The position numbers and the translations under genes are program-made. A stretch of DNA of 62,287 bases, the filler included. It is 8 parts of 8 records of this genome, joined end to end, with 100 filler letters (N's around TTAATTAATTAA, not from the genome) between each part and the next. Parts side by side here need not be neighbours in the genome. Positions count along the whole stretch, not along the records: positions 1 to 20,068 come from SRR15195285_392; 7 more parts are not named here. One strand, given 5' to 3'. Shown in pieces: positions 1-10,260 of the stretch. The number at the start of each line of letters is the position of its first letter. Positions within the stretch are counted from its first letter, which is position 1. The notes beneath the pieces were generated by a model that did not search any database, was not told the origin of the DNA, and worked only from the letters and a program-made list of their open reading frames with translations.

Positions 1-2
1 CC

Positions 3-317
3 TTCAGGATCGCTGGAAACCTGTGGCGATGTCTAGGAGCAACGGCGATTTCATACTACCACAGCTCCGAATGTGGTGATGGCACCACTCTGGACGACGC
101 GGTCACATGTGAAATAGCACGAACATTAGCTGACCTATTGGTGTTGGCGAACCTATTGTGGCGAGTGGAGCCCAAACGTCTTGAGGTGAGACAGAGACAA
201 TGGTCTTCGCTTGGAGTGAATGCGCAGCCTTGACCAGTGCTTGCACCGCAGGCGATGTTGCCCGTACTACGAGCTCGGCCCGAATTCCGAGAGTTCGTGA
301 GCTTGGTCTCGCCATAG
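3..317 (+). CDS. Possible 3' end of a hypothetical protein gene (5' partial; intron 186-251)
   Basis: Frame 3 is open from the window start (FRIAGNLW...PKRLE). A GTGAGA...CGCAG intron follows, then AMLPVLRARPEFREFVSLVSP-TAG. No recognisable domain. Confidence 0.3.
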
Positions 318-664
318 CAAGCCCCTTCGGAAAACGTGCTCCATTGCGCAGCTCATCAACGAATAATTGATCTCAGATTAACGTGGTCTGGATAAGGAAC
401 TGATTCGACCAGGTTCCATTTGCGCGTACGCTGCCATGAGTCACGCGTGCAGTCACCAGAACCATTCCGAGGCAGATGCGACTGGAGTCGGGTGATGATG
501 CAGACAGTTCTTGACGCTGGCAGCACGGCACATGCAGAGCATCTATTTGATCTAGTCTACTGGAGCATTGGGCCAAGTCGTGGCATGGCTACTCGGCTAG
601 GGGCTGAATCAATTGCTGGAAGAGTGTCCATGGCGTGGTCATGCTCTGAATCATACTCCGTTGG

Positions 665-1789
665 CTATAGCAGGTCGAGTTTGATAGCGAAGTACTCCAC
701 CTCGTAAGTCAAAGGAAGACTCTTCCACCAGCCACGCAACCACGCCCAGCTGCTCGGGTGGATACCATCAGCGACTAGCTGCTGCTTCAGTGATCGTCGT
801 TCCGACCAGCTTGGGGTGCCCGAGCGCTCCTTGTAGAAGTTCATAAAATGTGCTCGATCCCACGAATTTTTGTCGTGGATGATCCGCACGTAGATGCTAG
901 GATCATCTAAAACCACGAAGCGGAAGCCGTGCTTCTTGCTGGCTTCAACAAGCACCGAGTCTTCTGAGAGGCGTGTGTGCTGATACTGCACTGATTCAAA
1001 GACCCTTCGCCTGGCCATGATAGAACCAGCTTCTGTCGAATAGTGGGTGTTGTACCTGCACAGTGCGGCACTCAGCCCAGCTATACGATGGCGCACACAC
1101 GCATGATGATGCACAAGTCTCACGCACCAGAGGAGTCCAGTGAGGGTTTCGAAGAGGGTGTATCGTTGCAGAAGCACCGCATCGCCGCCTTGGCTCGCCA
1201 CCAGAGCTCTATATTGCGTCTCAACACGCTCGGCGCTATACCAGTCGTCGTCGTCCCATTGAACAACCACCTCACCGCTAGTAGCTGTGATGGCCTGGTT
1301 TCGCAGCTCACCGAGTGTCGCCGCCTTTCCTTTGTGGTTGACAACACCAATGACCCGCACGCCTGTGCCTGTACTCAAGGTCGCGTGCCGATCAACCACC
1401 TCGCTGGCACCGGCGTTGCCCACGTCATATACTACCACGATCTCCTTGTTCGGATAGGTCTGTGCCCTGAAACGCCGCAGCGCAATGTCGAGCATCTCGC
1501 TCCGGCCCATTTTCGTGATACACATGGCGGAAATCAGCGGCGACGCCGAGCTCAGTGCTGGCGCCTCTGGCTGCACGATCTCGTCTGGCGTGGTTGTAAC
1601 GCACCACTGTGGGGGCGACGATGCGGCGCACATCCTGAGGACCTGCACCGGGCCGTGTGAGCCGAACGACAGCGGGTCCCACCCCAGCATCCAGGTCAGT
1701 AGACACAGCGCTACGTAGCTACCACCCACCCACACGCACGCTCTGCGCCGTTTTCGTGCTCCCACTCTGCCCCCACAGTGCGGTAGCAT
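665..1789 (-). CDS. Glycosyltransferase family 2 (GT-A fold), N-terminal membrane anchor; one in-frame intron 1056-1127
   Basis: PLISAMCIT...AQTYPNKEIVVVYD, TLGELRNQAI and QWDDDDW (DxD) motifs. Hydrophobic N-terminal segment. The 72-nt GTGCGT...TGCAG intron splices to LLWYN. Confidence 0.8.
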   Translation of the reverse strand: MLPHCGGRVGARKRRRACVWVGGSYVALCLLTWMLGWDPLSFGSHGPVQVLRMCAASSPPQWCVTTTPDEIVQPEAPALSSASPLISAMCITKMGRSEMLDIALRRFRAQTYPNKEIVVVYDVGNAGASEVVDRHATLSTGTGVRVIGVVNHKGKAATLGELRNQAITATSGEVVVQWDDDDWYSAERVETQYRALVASQGGDAVLLQRYTLFETLTGLLWCVRLVHHHACVRHRIAGLSAALCRYNTHYSTEAGSIMARRRVFESVQYQHTRLSEDSVLVEASKKHGFRFVVLDDPSIYVRIIHDKNSWDRAHFMNFYKERSGTPSWSERRSLKQQLVADGIHPSSWAWLRGWWKSLPLTYEVEYFAIKLDLL

Positions 1790-2082
1790 CGATTCGACCT
1801 CAGCGCCGCGCGAACCAGCGAGCTGAGTGCAAACCAGCAGAAATCTTCGGTGCGGATCGTCTGGGCAATAAGGATCCTAAATATATGGGTGAACTATTGA
1901 TAGGTTGAGAACCCAATTGTTTTCATTAGATATGGCACTTCACGGTAGCCGTGGCGCGTGAGAGCCAGACTCGAGGGAGAGTGTCAGCTCAACGGTAGAA
2001 CGGTTGGCATGGGCAGGCATGCGCAGTGTTGTTGCGTGCGGCACGCGCGCGGCTGCGCGTGCAGCTGCTGCGTTTCAGCAGG

Positions 2083-3649
2083 ATGCGTCGCGTGCCGAAA
2101 GCATGCTGCACGCGCTCGGTGGTGCCAGCAGCACGACGGATCGAAGCGCCGCCGCGTCTACGCCGTCAGTTCAGCAGCGCGCTCGCACGAGACGAGGAGC
2201 AGGAAGCGATGCATCAGGCAATTCGCGAGTCAGTACAGTCCCTGTGCAAGTAAGACGCACTCACGGAAACTCGCGCTGGCGGCAGACAGAACGCCCGGCC
2301 AAGGGATTTGGGCTCTACACTCTGACCTCCACATGCCCGCTGTCCGCGTAGGCAGTACCCAGGCGAGTACTGGCGAGAGCTGGAGCAGAGACCACATGGC
2401 GAGAGCCGATACCCCACCGAGTTTGTAGAGCATATGCAACGCGATGGACTGCTGTCCATCTTGATTCCCGAAGAATACGGTGGCGGGGGGCAGTCTCTGC
2501 GCACTGCCTGCGTCGTCCTGGAGGTCCGTACGCACATTTTTCAACAGTTGAGAACACACGCAGTTCAGGGCATTACAACGTGCTGCGCGCTGCGCGCTTT
2601 TTTTGACGGCACAGGAGGTCCACCGTGCGGGGTGCAACGCTGCGGCAGCTCATGCACAAATGTACACCATGGGGTCGCTGCTTCACAGTGGTAGCGAAGA
2701 GCAAAAGGAGGAATGGCTCCCGAAGGTCGCGTCCGGCGAGCTGCGTCTCCAGGCGTTCGGCGTTTCGGAGCCCAACAGTGGGACTGACACGCTGTCTCTT
2801 GAGACCGTTGCCATCAAAGATGGCGACGAATATGTCATTAACGGCCAGAAGATGTGGACTTCGCGAGCCGAGTACTCGGACGCTATGCTGCTGCTTGCAC
2901 GCACGGGCTACCCAGAGCCCCCCCCGGAGGATGGACGTGCACGGGCAAAGGCACTCACACTCTTTATCGTTGACATGAGGGGTAAGGTAAACTGTGGGAA
3001 CGGAATCGAGATCTCCCCGGTGGAGACGATGATGAACCACTCGACGACCACGATATTTTTCGATAATCTCCGCGTACCTGTGGCAAACATTATTGGTGGT
3101 GAGGGGAATGGGTTCAAGACTGTTCTCGGTGCGATGAATGCAGAGCGGGTGTTGATCGCTTCAGAATGTATCGGAGATGGCCGGTTTTTTATCGACCGTG
3201 CTACACAGTACGCGAAGGATCGAGTCGTTTTTGGACGGCCCATCGGTGCAAATCAAGGGATCGCCTTTCCTATCGCAGAGGCCTACGCCGAGATCGAGGC
3301 CGCCGCGTTGATGGTCAATCACGCCGCCGATCTAATCGATGGTGGAGCCACTGCCGGCGAACAAGCGAACCTAGCCAAGTATCTGGCAGCAGAAGCATCG
3401 GTGAGTCTCTGTGCTGTATGTCTTGCTGGTGCATTTGAGCGAGTGCAATTTACTCACCCCTCCCGTTGACTGTAGTGGCAAGCAGGTGATGTGTGCTTGC
3501 AAACCCACGGTGGCTACGGGTTTGCGACGGAGTTCGACATCGAGCGCAAGTGGCGCGAGACAAGACTCTATCGTGTCGCCCCAATATCTACCAATCTGAT
3601 CATGTCTTTCGTTGCTCAAAATGTGCTCGGACTGCCAAGGAGCTACTAG
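2083..3649 (+). CDS. Acyl-CoA dehydrogenase, probable mitochondrial presequence; introns 2250-2351, 2524-2614, 3401-3475
   Basis: IPEEYGG, AFGVSEPNSGTD, YVINGQKMWTS, RVVFGRPIGANQGI, QTHGGYGF and ETRLYRVAPISTNLI motifs. All three introns are GT-AG and keep the frame. The N-terminus is Arg-rich and acid-poor. Confidence 0.92.
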
Positions 3650-4048
3650 CGATGACTCGCTGAGTTCATTATTGGTCTCATAAAGCAGTGCGGGGCATTC
3701 TCATATTGCCATTACTTTACACACATGGGACGCACGGCCATGCACAGCAGCAGACATGTAGCCAGGGTACATCCGTACTCGTGTGGGGTGTCTGCACTCT
3801 TATGCGTCGGCGCTGCGCTGGTGGTGCACTCGCGAAATTTACGAGGCCTGGCAAGTGGTATCGTTAGGGCGCGGTAGATGATTGTAACCTTCGCGATTCT
3901 GCAACGCCGACATCATGCTGTCTCGTTCCGTCGAGTCCTAGTGTAGTGGGGTATACGCTGAGCCGACCTGGTTGCCGCGCATGTTTCAGCATCGAACTCA
4001 CACGGCGCCAAGCGACGGTTGCTCCTGTCACCCCGTCAATGATGACGT

Positions 4049-4814
4049 TCACGTAGCCAGTTTGGCGGATTCGATAGCGAGCAATATATCCCTGTCCGGC
4101 TCTTTCTTCTTCGACTCCCTGATCTCAGAGCCATCGCCGGCTGCCCAAGCCCACGAGATCTGCGGTGGCTGTGCCGGTGCAGCAGCAAGCGCTGGTGCGT
4201 TGGCGTCGGCACCAACCACCACGGAGGTCAGTGCTAAGGAGTTCGCCAAGAGATGTGTTTTCTTCTGAAGCTTTGCAAACGCGGGCCCGCCGACGTCCGG
4301 CTGTGCAGAGATCGACACCAGACACGGAATTACGGAGGGTCGATGGCAAGCGCCAGCAAATAGGTGGCAGTGCGAGCTCACGCACCATCTTCGGTTTGGG
4401 CTTCCACGGCCCTTTCTTGCAGCGGGGCACGCACCCGCAGCAGTATTTCAGCCGGCGCTGCTCAAGCTTCGCATTTTTGGCTGCAACATCTTGCGTGTGG
4501 AGTACCTTGTTGACTTCCTTAAGGTTGTTACTAGCCTGCCCCATGCGGCTATTGAGCTTCAGAGCACGTTTGTAGTCGCGGCGCGCTAGCTGCAGGTGTT
4601 CAACATCGCCAAGCATCGCGTAGGAAAGGCCGCGAAGGTTGTGCACCGCCGCACGCTGAGCTTTATCCAGCTGGGTGTCGCCGTCAGCGGCAAGCAGCGT
4701 ATCGAAGGTCGAAATTATCTGGTGTGCCAGCTCTTTCTTCTTGCTCTCGTCCGGCTCCCACTGGGCCTGGGCCCACAGGTCCTTCGCTTGGGCGAACTCC
4801 GAGCCCATCGACAT
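4049..4814 (-). CDS. Small TPR-containing protein; intron 4301-4385
   Basis: TPR-like AAVHNLRGLSYAMLGD...ARRDYKRALKLNSRMGQASNNL. A GTGCGT...CACAG intron joins ORF 4125..4898 to ORF 4049..4381 in frame. Confidence 0.6.
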
Positions 4815-4928
4815 ACCTCTGAGCCTCTCAGCCCTCTGACGTGCCAAGAGGCCACCACCAGGTGCCCTGTTCTTTCCTCGACACGGGTGGTCGACCACGC
4901 TGCTGAACCACCAGCGGGAGCGGGATCA

Positions 4929-4982
4929 CTTGGGTCAGTATAGTAGCTCCCGAGGCCCTGCCTTGGGTCAGTATAGTAGCTC
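4929..4982. repeat. Perfect 21-nt direct repeat CTTGGGTCAGTATAGTAGCTC x2 with a 12-nt spacer
   Basis: Copies at 4929-4949 and 4962-4982, in the divergent intergenic region upstream of the TPR gene. Confidence 0.9.
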
Positions 4983-5295
4983 GCTCTTGTACACGGACAG
5001 CGGGAGCGGGAACGAGCGATGGCGAACGTCCTCGGAAAACGACCGTGTCAGGTTGATTCGCTGTATAGTGGTATACTAGATCTAGTACTTAGCTCTGAGG
5101 TATACCCCAGGGTAGCTAGTATCCAGAACTCACTGAGAAATACCGGTCACTCCGTTGACCATCTCGAGTTGCACATTTGATCGAAGATCAGAAATGAAAT
5201 TTCTATGTTCTGACCCAGCCCGTGAGTCTGAGTGCCAGGTCCCTCCCTGAACCCTGCTGACCAGGTGAGTCGTGCGCGTGCTGAATGACCGCGCG

Positions 5296-5314
5296 GCGCG
5301 CGCGCGCGCGCGCG
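5296..5314. repeat. Alternating (GC)n tract, 19 nt (potential Z-DNA)
   Basis: gcgcgcgcgcgcgcgcgcg lies upstream of the DUF4214 gene. A similar tract at about 43628-43641 lies upstream of the methyltransferase gene. Confidence 0.8.
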
Positions 5315-5533
5315 GTACGTAGGCAGGCGCGCGGGTACTGCATGGTACAGTACAGTAGGGGGTGCGGTGGGTAGGACTCCGGCACTCAGTCGTCTGCAAG
5401 GCAGTACCGTACGCGTACCCCGTAACGTGCCGTGCCCTCGCCCGCTCGCCAGGCTGCCGTGTGTCTGCTGCCTGAGAGACCAGATGAGAAGAGCGCAGGG
5501 GCTGCAGGCCAGTGGAGGGTGCAGGGGCATGGG

Positions 5534-6481
5534 ATGGTGCTGATTTTCTTAGAGCTGGCGTCCCTCCTCGTGGTAGCTGGGGCCGGGACCCAGGCTGGCG
5601 GAAAATTCACGATCACCACTGGCGAAGTATTCGTGGGCTCTGCACCGCCGGAGCTTGCGCACGAAGTTGTGACGCTGGCTTATCGTGGCATCCTGGGGCG
5701 CGAACCAGACGCAGGTGGGCTTGACAACTACGTGAAACACCTGCATGACGGACATCGCCAGCATCGCGGGATCGTCTGGTTGTGCTCCATCCTGCTGCAG
5801 AGCGCCGAGTTCAATTCCCGACGCGCCGATCCGCAAGCACTTGACCTAGCGACACAGCTCCACAAGGGTATCGAGGGTTGTGCGGATGAGGAACCTCTCC
5901 AAGCGACCCGCAGGCTGCTGATACGAGCGCGCGGCATGCCTGGTAGCTACACTACAAGGGAAACACTCGGTCTCATCGCCAGTCGGGCAGCATTTCTCAT
6001 CGCCCACACGACCGGTGCGTTGCTCCCTGATTAAGTGCTTAGGGTTGGGCCTTGGCTCCCCAGCCCGATGTTGCTGGTGGCCGCAAGCCCATTCAGTCAA
6101 GGACGCTCAGAGTCCTGCGTGTCCTACAACTGTTCGCTTGCCCAGGTGCATCGCTGTGGTCTGACGGCACTGAGTCTGCTGCGTCGTGGTCGGTTGCATC
6201 CACGTTACGCTACCTTGAGCATGCCACTCAGTCAATGCTGACGGTGCTGCGAGGTACGGCCCAGGTTCCGTTTGATCCATGCCACGCCTTCTGTAGCTCC
6301 ACCGTGCCGTGTGTCTGCTGCCTTACAAAATTGAACTGCCGCGTGGGCTGCACCTCGTTTTGGCGTGCGTGTGGGCATAGACCTGCTGGTTGGCATGAAC
6401 CGTGCCGCTTCAACAGGGATGGCAGGAATGGGCTCTGAAAGCAGAGACATGGACCAGCGCATTGCTTTGCGGGCGTGTTGA
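5534..6481 (+). CDS. Secreted DUF4214-domain protein; probable introns 6015-6145 and 6254-6380
   Basis: Signal-peptide-like MVLIFLELASLLVVAGAG. VVTLAYRGILGREPDAGGLDNYVKHL...ILLQSAEF matches the DUF4214 consensus. GTGCGT..CCCAG and GTACGG..CATAG introns extend the frame to ...IALRAC-TGA. The unspliced ORF would end at 6034. Confidence 0.65.
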
Positions 6482-6587
6482 TTCAATCGGTTGGCGTTGC
6501 GGAGCCTGTCGGGGAGCTGGTCGGCTCGAGCGCGTGTGCGCAACGTGTGTGGTTTATCACGTCTCAACTGAAATTGATACGGCTAGG

Positions 6588-9475
6588 CTAAGCCTGGCTG
6601 CTCGCGAGTTCGCCAGTGGTCTCAGCGGCGTCTGCGAGTTCAGCAACTAGCTCAGCGTCCACCAGACCGTCTATGCCCATACTGATGGGGTTCGAGTCCA
6701 GCACCGCCTGGTTGGCGCGATACCCTCCTGTCGCTACAACGTGCTCGATCCAGGAATTCCACACCGGGTCGTTGCGTAGAGTTGCTGTGCACCCAAACAC
6801 GACGATCCCACGCTTCGCACGCGTGAGAGCGACGTTCAAGCGCCGCCAGTCCGCAAGAAAACCAACCTTACCGTCCTCGTTGGCGCGCACGCTGGAGAAC
6901 ACGATCATCTCTTTTTCACGACCCTGATAGCCGTCCACTGTGTTCACTTCAACTCCATCAAACTGTTCCTCGGAGGCGATGAGCTTCTGGATCAACTCTT
7001 TCTGTCCCCGGTACGGAGTCACGATTCCGACGTGCTCTGGTTCCAACTCTCCCGCATCGATGACGCTGCGAAGCGTTTGCATCACCGCTTTAGCCTCCTC
7101 AGGGTTAGATTTTGAGGTACCGTCCAGCGTGACCTGCTCGTCAAAACCCGTTGTTGGAACAAAAGCGACAGGAATTTTGCCACTCTGGCCGACAGGCCAA
7201 TCAAATCCGGCGGGAGGCTGCAGTGCGCTAACAGCGTCCGCGTTGCGGAGCTCGCCTTGGTAAAACTGCTTGGACGGGAAAGCTGCAATGCCCGGATGCA
7301 TCCTGTACTGCGTGCTCAGCATGATAGAAGGCACCCCCATGTCCTGCAGACTCTCAAAAAGCGACCGGTTCAGGCCACCTTGCATTCCTCGCTGTTGGCC
7401 GCAACATGGACACGCGCAGCAAAACGTCGGTGAATGAGAATGGCGAGCGAGCGCGCGCGCGAGAGAGAGAGAGAGACGACAGTATCTACAAGAAAAACGG
7501 CATAATTCATCGCTGTAGATAGGTACCTCTGTCTTCACTGTCGGCGGGAGCTGGTTGCTGCATGGCACAGCAAGGCCGGTCTCGTCAATGTTACATGCAA
7601 CCGGTTCAGTCATGCAAACAGGTGAAGGCTTGCCGCACCTATCTCCAACCAGAACAAGCTGCCTACATCCCTTCGAGATGGGTACGAGGCAAGTTGGCAC
7701 GGTTGATTGGCTCGCCTCATCAATTAGCACTACCTTGAAAAGTCCAGAGTCGGCCAGCTCGCCGGCCGCGATGCACGTCGCGACGACCACTTCTGTGGAC
7801 GACACGATATCTGCAATCATCTCCTTCCGCAACTCGTCTAGCTGCGTGCGAGCTCGCTGCAGCTTCTCTTTTATTTCCTACCCCCAAACAGAGCGTTCAG
7901 TGAAGGACTCAATCAAGAAAGATTGCTGCGTGCCACACCTACCTGTTTCGTTTTAGGCGACCCAAAGCCTGCGACGGACTGGTCAAACGCTACGACACGT
8001 CCCAGCTGCGCGTGGCGGCCGCGCTTTTTCTTTTCCGACAATGGCGGGGGCGAGGCCTGCGCGGTCTCTTCGTCGTTGTTGTCGATATCGCGCAACTCAG
8101 AAGACAGGTCACGCACCATGGCCTCGAGCTGCTTTTCTACCTTGCGCGCCGCATGCCCCTCGATCATGTGCTGCATCGACGCGCTCTGCAGATGTGGGCG
8201 CACGCGCTCAACCTGTCCAGCACGAACTGCTTTGACACCCTGGGCAAGCAGGCCTTCGAGCAGATTGTCCGCAGCTGTATTAGAATTGGCGGTCGCTAGT
8301 ACTGTAGACTGACGAAGCACTGTAGCTGAGGCTGCAGCACCACCCTTGGTTCCGCGCTTTTTGGCCCCCGTCGACGCTGCGTTGCTGCGCTGGTGGGCAA
8401 CGAACAGCTTCAGCAGCTGCACCGCAGTGTGGGTCTTGCCAGTACCGGGAGGACCCTGAATCAGAGTCAATCGCTGGGACAGAGCAGACACCACCGCATG
8501 ACGCTGGCTGTCGTTCAGGCGCGCGTCGTCTAGAATGCCAGACAGCTCTTCGCTGTCTGTTCGGAACTCGCCGGTATCCAGGCGGTGGAAGGCGGTCGGC
8601 AAGCCCTGTGGGGTGTCCCGGGCGATCTTGGCGGGCTCAGCGCGGATTTCGCGCATCGTTTCCGCGTCATCCAGCAGGAGAGCTTTCAGCCACATATCGC
8701 ACGGCACGTCCGGAGCAGCCGATTCCGAGAAGCTCAGCAGAGCGTTCGTCTGCCTCTCTGTGCTCACTGCGTTCGCTCCGCGGTCCAGCCGCCAGGATCT
8801 ATCAAGCACGTCAGCGGGCAGGTCGACAGAGCCGCTGACTTTGACAAGAAGTGTGTGCGCGTCAGCGCGGACGATGAGGCCTTCAAACCGGTCCCGGCCG
8901 TCCACGTGCCGCTTGTCCTGTGTACGACACCACCGCACTCACACATCTAGTTGCCGACGCGCAAGCTGGCAGAGCACATCGCACACACCACGTGAACTCA
9001 CTTGCGGGTTGCCACGGCAGACTGTGATGGAGTCTCCGGACGAGAACTTGTGATCCTCATGTAGACGTCCATCACCGCTCGGAGTTTTCGGCGAGAAGGC
9101 GAGCAACATGTCCGTGCCGTTCGCGTAGCCGTGCACTCGTGCCGCCATATTATCCTGCGCCAGAGAACAACAGGCATCTCAGCTCCCCAACTCGCACGTG
9201 CTGATGGCGACGGCACGTGCTCGCACCATCATCTGTCCCTCTGCACGCAAGCGCTTCTTGCTCCAGTGTGCGATGCGACTCTGCGACGCAGCCGTGTCGG
9301 CGGCCTGCTCCCACTCGACCAGCTGTTTCCACCGGTCCACCCAAGTTGCCGTCGCCTCTCCGATGCGCTCCGTCGTCGCGGCCACCACCTTGGAGGTCGC
9401 CATTCCACGATGGTGCAACAGGCACGCTCCTGGCCTGCTGGCGGCGAGCCCGAACCATCGTGCACGGGAGAGCAT
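6588..9475 (-). CDS. Upf1-like SF1B helicase of the IGHMBP2/Hcs1 (DNA2/NAM7) type, probable organellar presequence; introns 9155-9226, 8918-9001, 7878-7942, 7558-7638, 7392-7526
   Basis: IQGPPGTGKT, ATANSNTAADNL, VLIDEASQ, LVGDSNQLPP (after splicing), SLFE, QYRMHP, IVTPYRGQ, NTVDGYQGREK and RRLNVALTRAK motifs. No Upf1 CH domain. N-terminus MLSRARWFGLAASRPG. Confidence 0.88.
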
Positions 9476-9806
9476 CGTCCCACCAGCACCGCCACCACGA
9501 ATGTGGCGTGCCAAATGTGGGGACGGCCACCGCGCACCGGTACTACTCGCGAGGACGCGGTACGGCGGTACGGCGGTACGCGGTAGCTACTAGTACGTAG
9601 TAGCTACATGTACAGTACGGTCGATACGCCGATACGGTACCGGTATCAGTTGGAACCTCCGGCACTCTACTCTCGACTCTGTCCAATGAGCGAGGTAGAT
9701 CTACCGGTATTAAGGCGCCAGGCGGACTGACCGCTGACCCATTGACCCTCGTGTTGGTGTTCCATGAGGCATGAGCCTTCTCGCTTCTGTTCGGTTCTGA
9801 CTGACC

Positions 9807-9846
9807 TGACGGCGGGGTGGGTGGTGACGGCGGGGTGGGTGGGGGG
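9807..9846 (+). repeat. Tandem 18-nt duplication TGACGGCGGGGTGGGTGG forming a G-quadruplex-type motif
   Basis: Copies at 9807-9824 and 9825-9842. G runs at 9814-17, 9819-21, 9832-35, 9837-39 and 9841-46. It sits between two divergent genes. Confidence 0.75.
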
Positions 9847-10260
9847 CTCACAGCGGCGGGCTCGCTGTACCCGGTATGGGCGTGCGTTGAGCCGCGAACG
9901 AGCGCTCGGCCCTCTTGATCGCTTCGTGTCGCGGCTCTGGGTGCTCATCTCACATCTGCATCACTCTTCCTGGCGAGACGATCCGTCGAACGGCTGCCAA
10001 CGCTCACCCGGTAGCCACGACACTACAAGGAGGGCCTTGACGAGACTACCGGGACTTCCGAGACAGGCTGGTCTGGTGTGGGTGGGGGTAGTGCCGGATT
10101 CTGTACACCCCTCTGAACACTAGCCCCCAGCCGCCTGTCAAGATTACCGAGACTTACCCGGTCCTGGCGGTGTCGAAGTTCCTCGGCTCGTAGGTGGTCC
10201 CTGGGTATCGCCTGTGCTCTTGCCGTGTAGAGCAAAGGGGGACAGCAGCAACGTCGCGCC

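Noticed and set aside
4929-4982. CRISPR-like repeat-spacer-repeat
   Set aside because: Only two 21-nt copies with a 12-nt spacer, no cas genes, and a eukaryotic context.
6588-9475. Calling the helicase UPF1
   Set aside because: It has no N-terminal Cys/His-rich domain, and the N-terminus resembles IGHMBP2/Hcs1.
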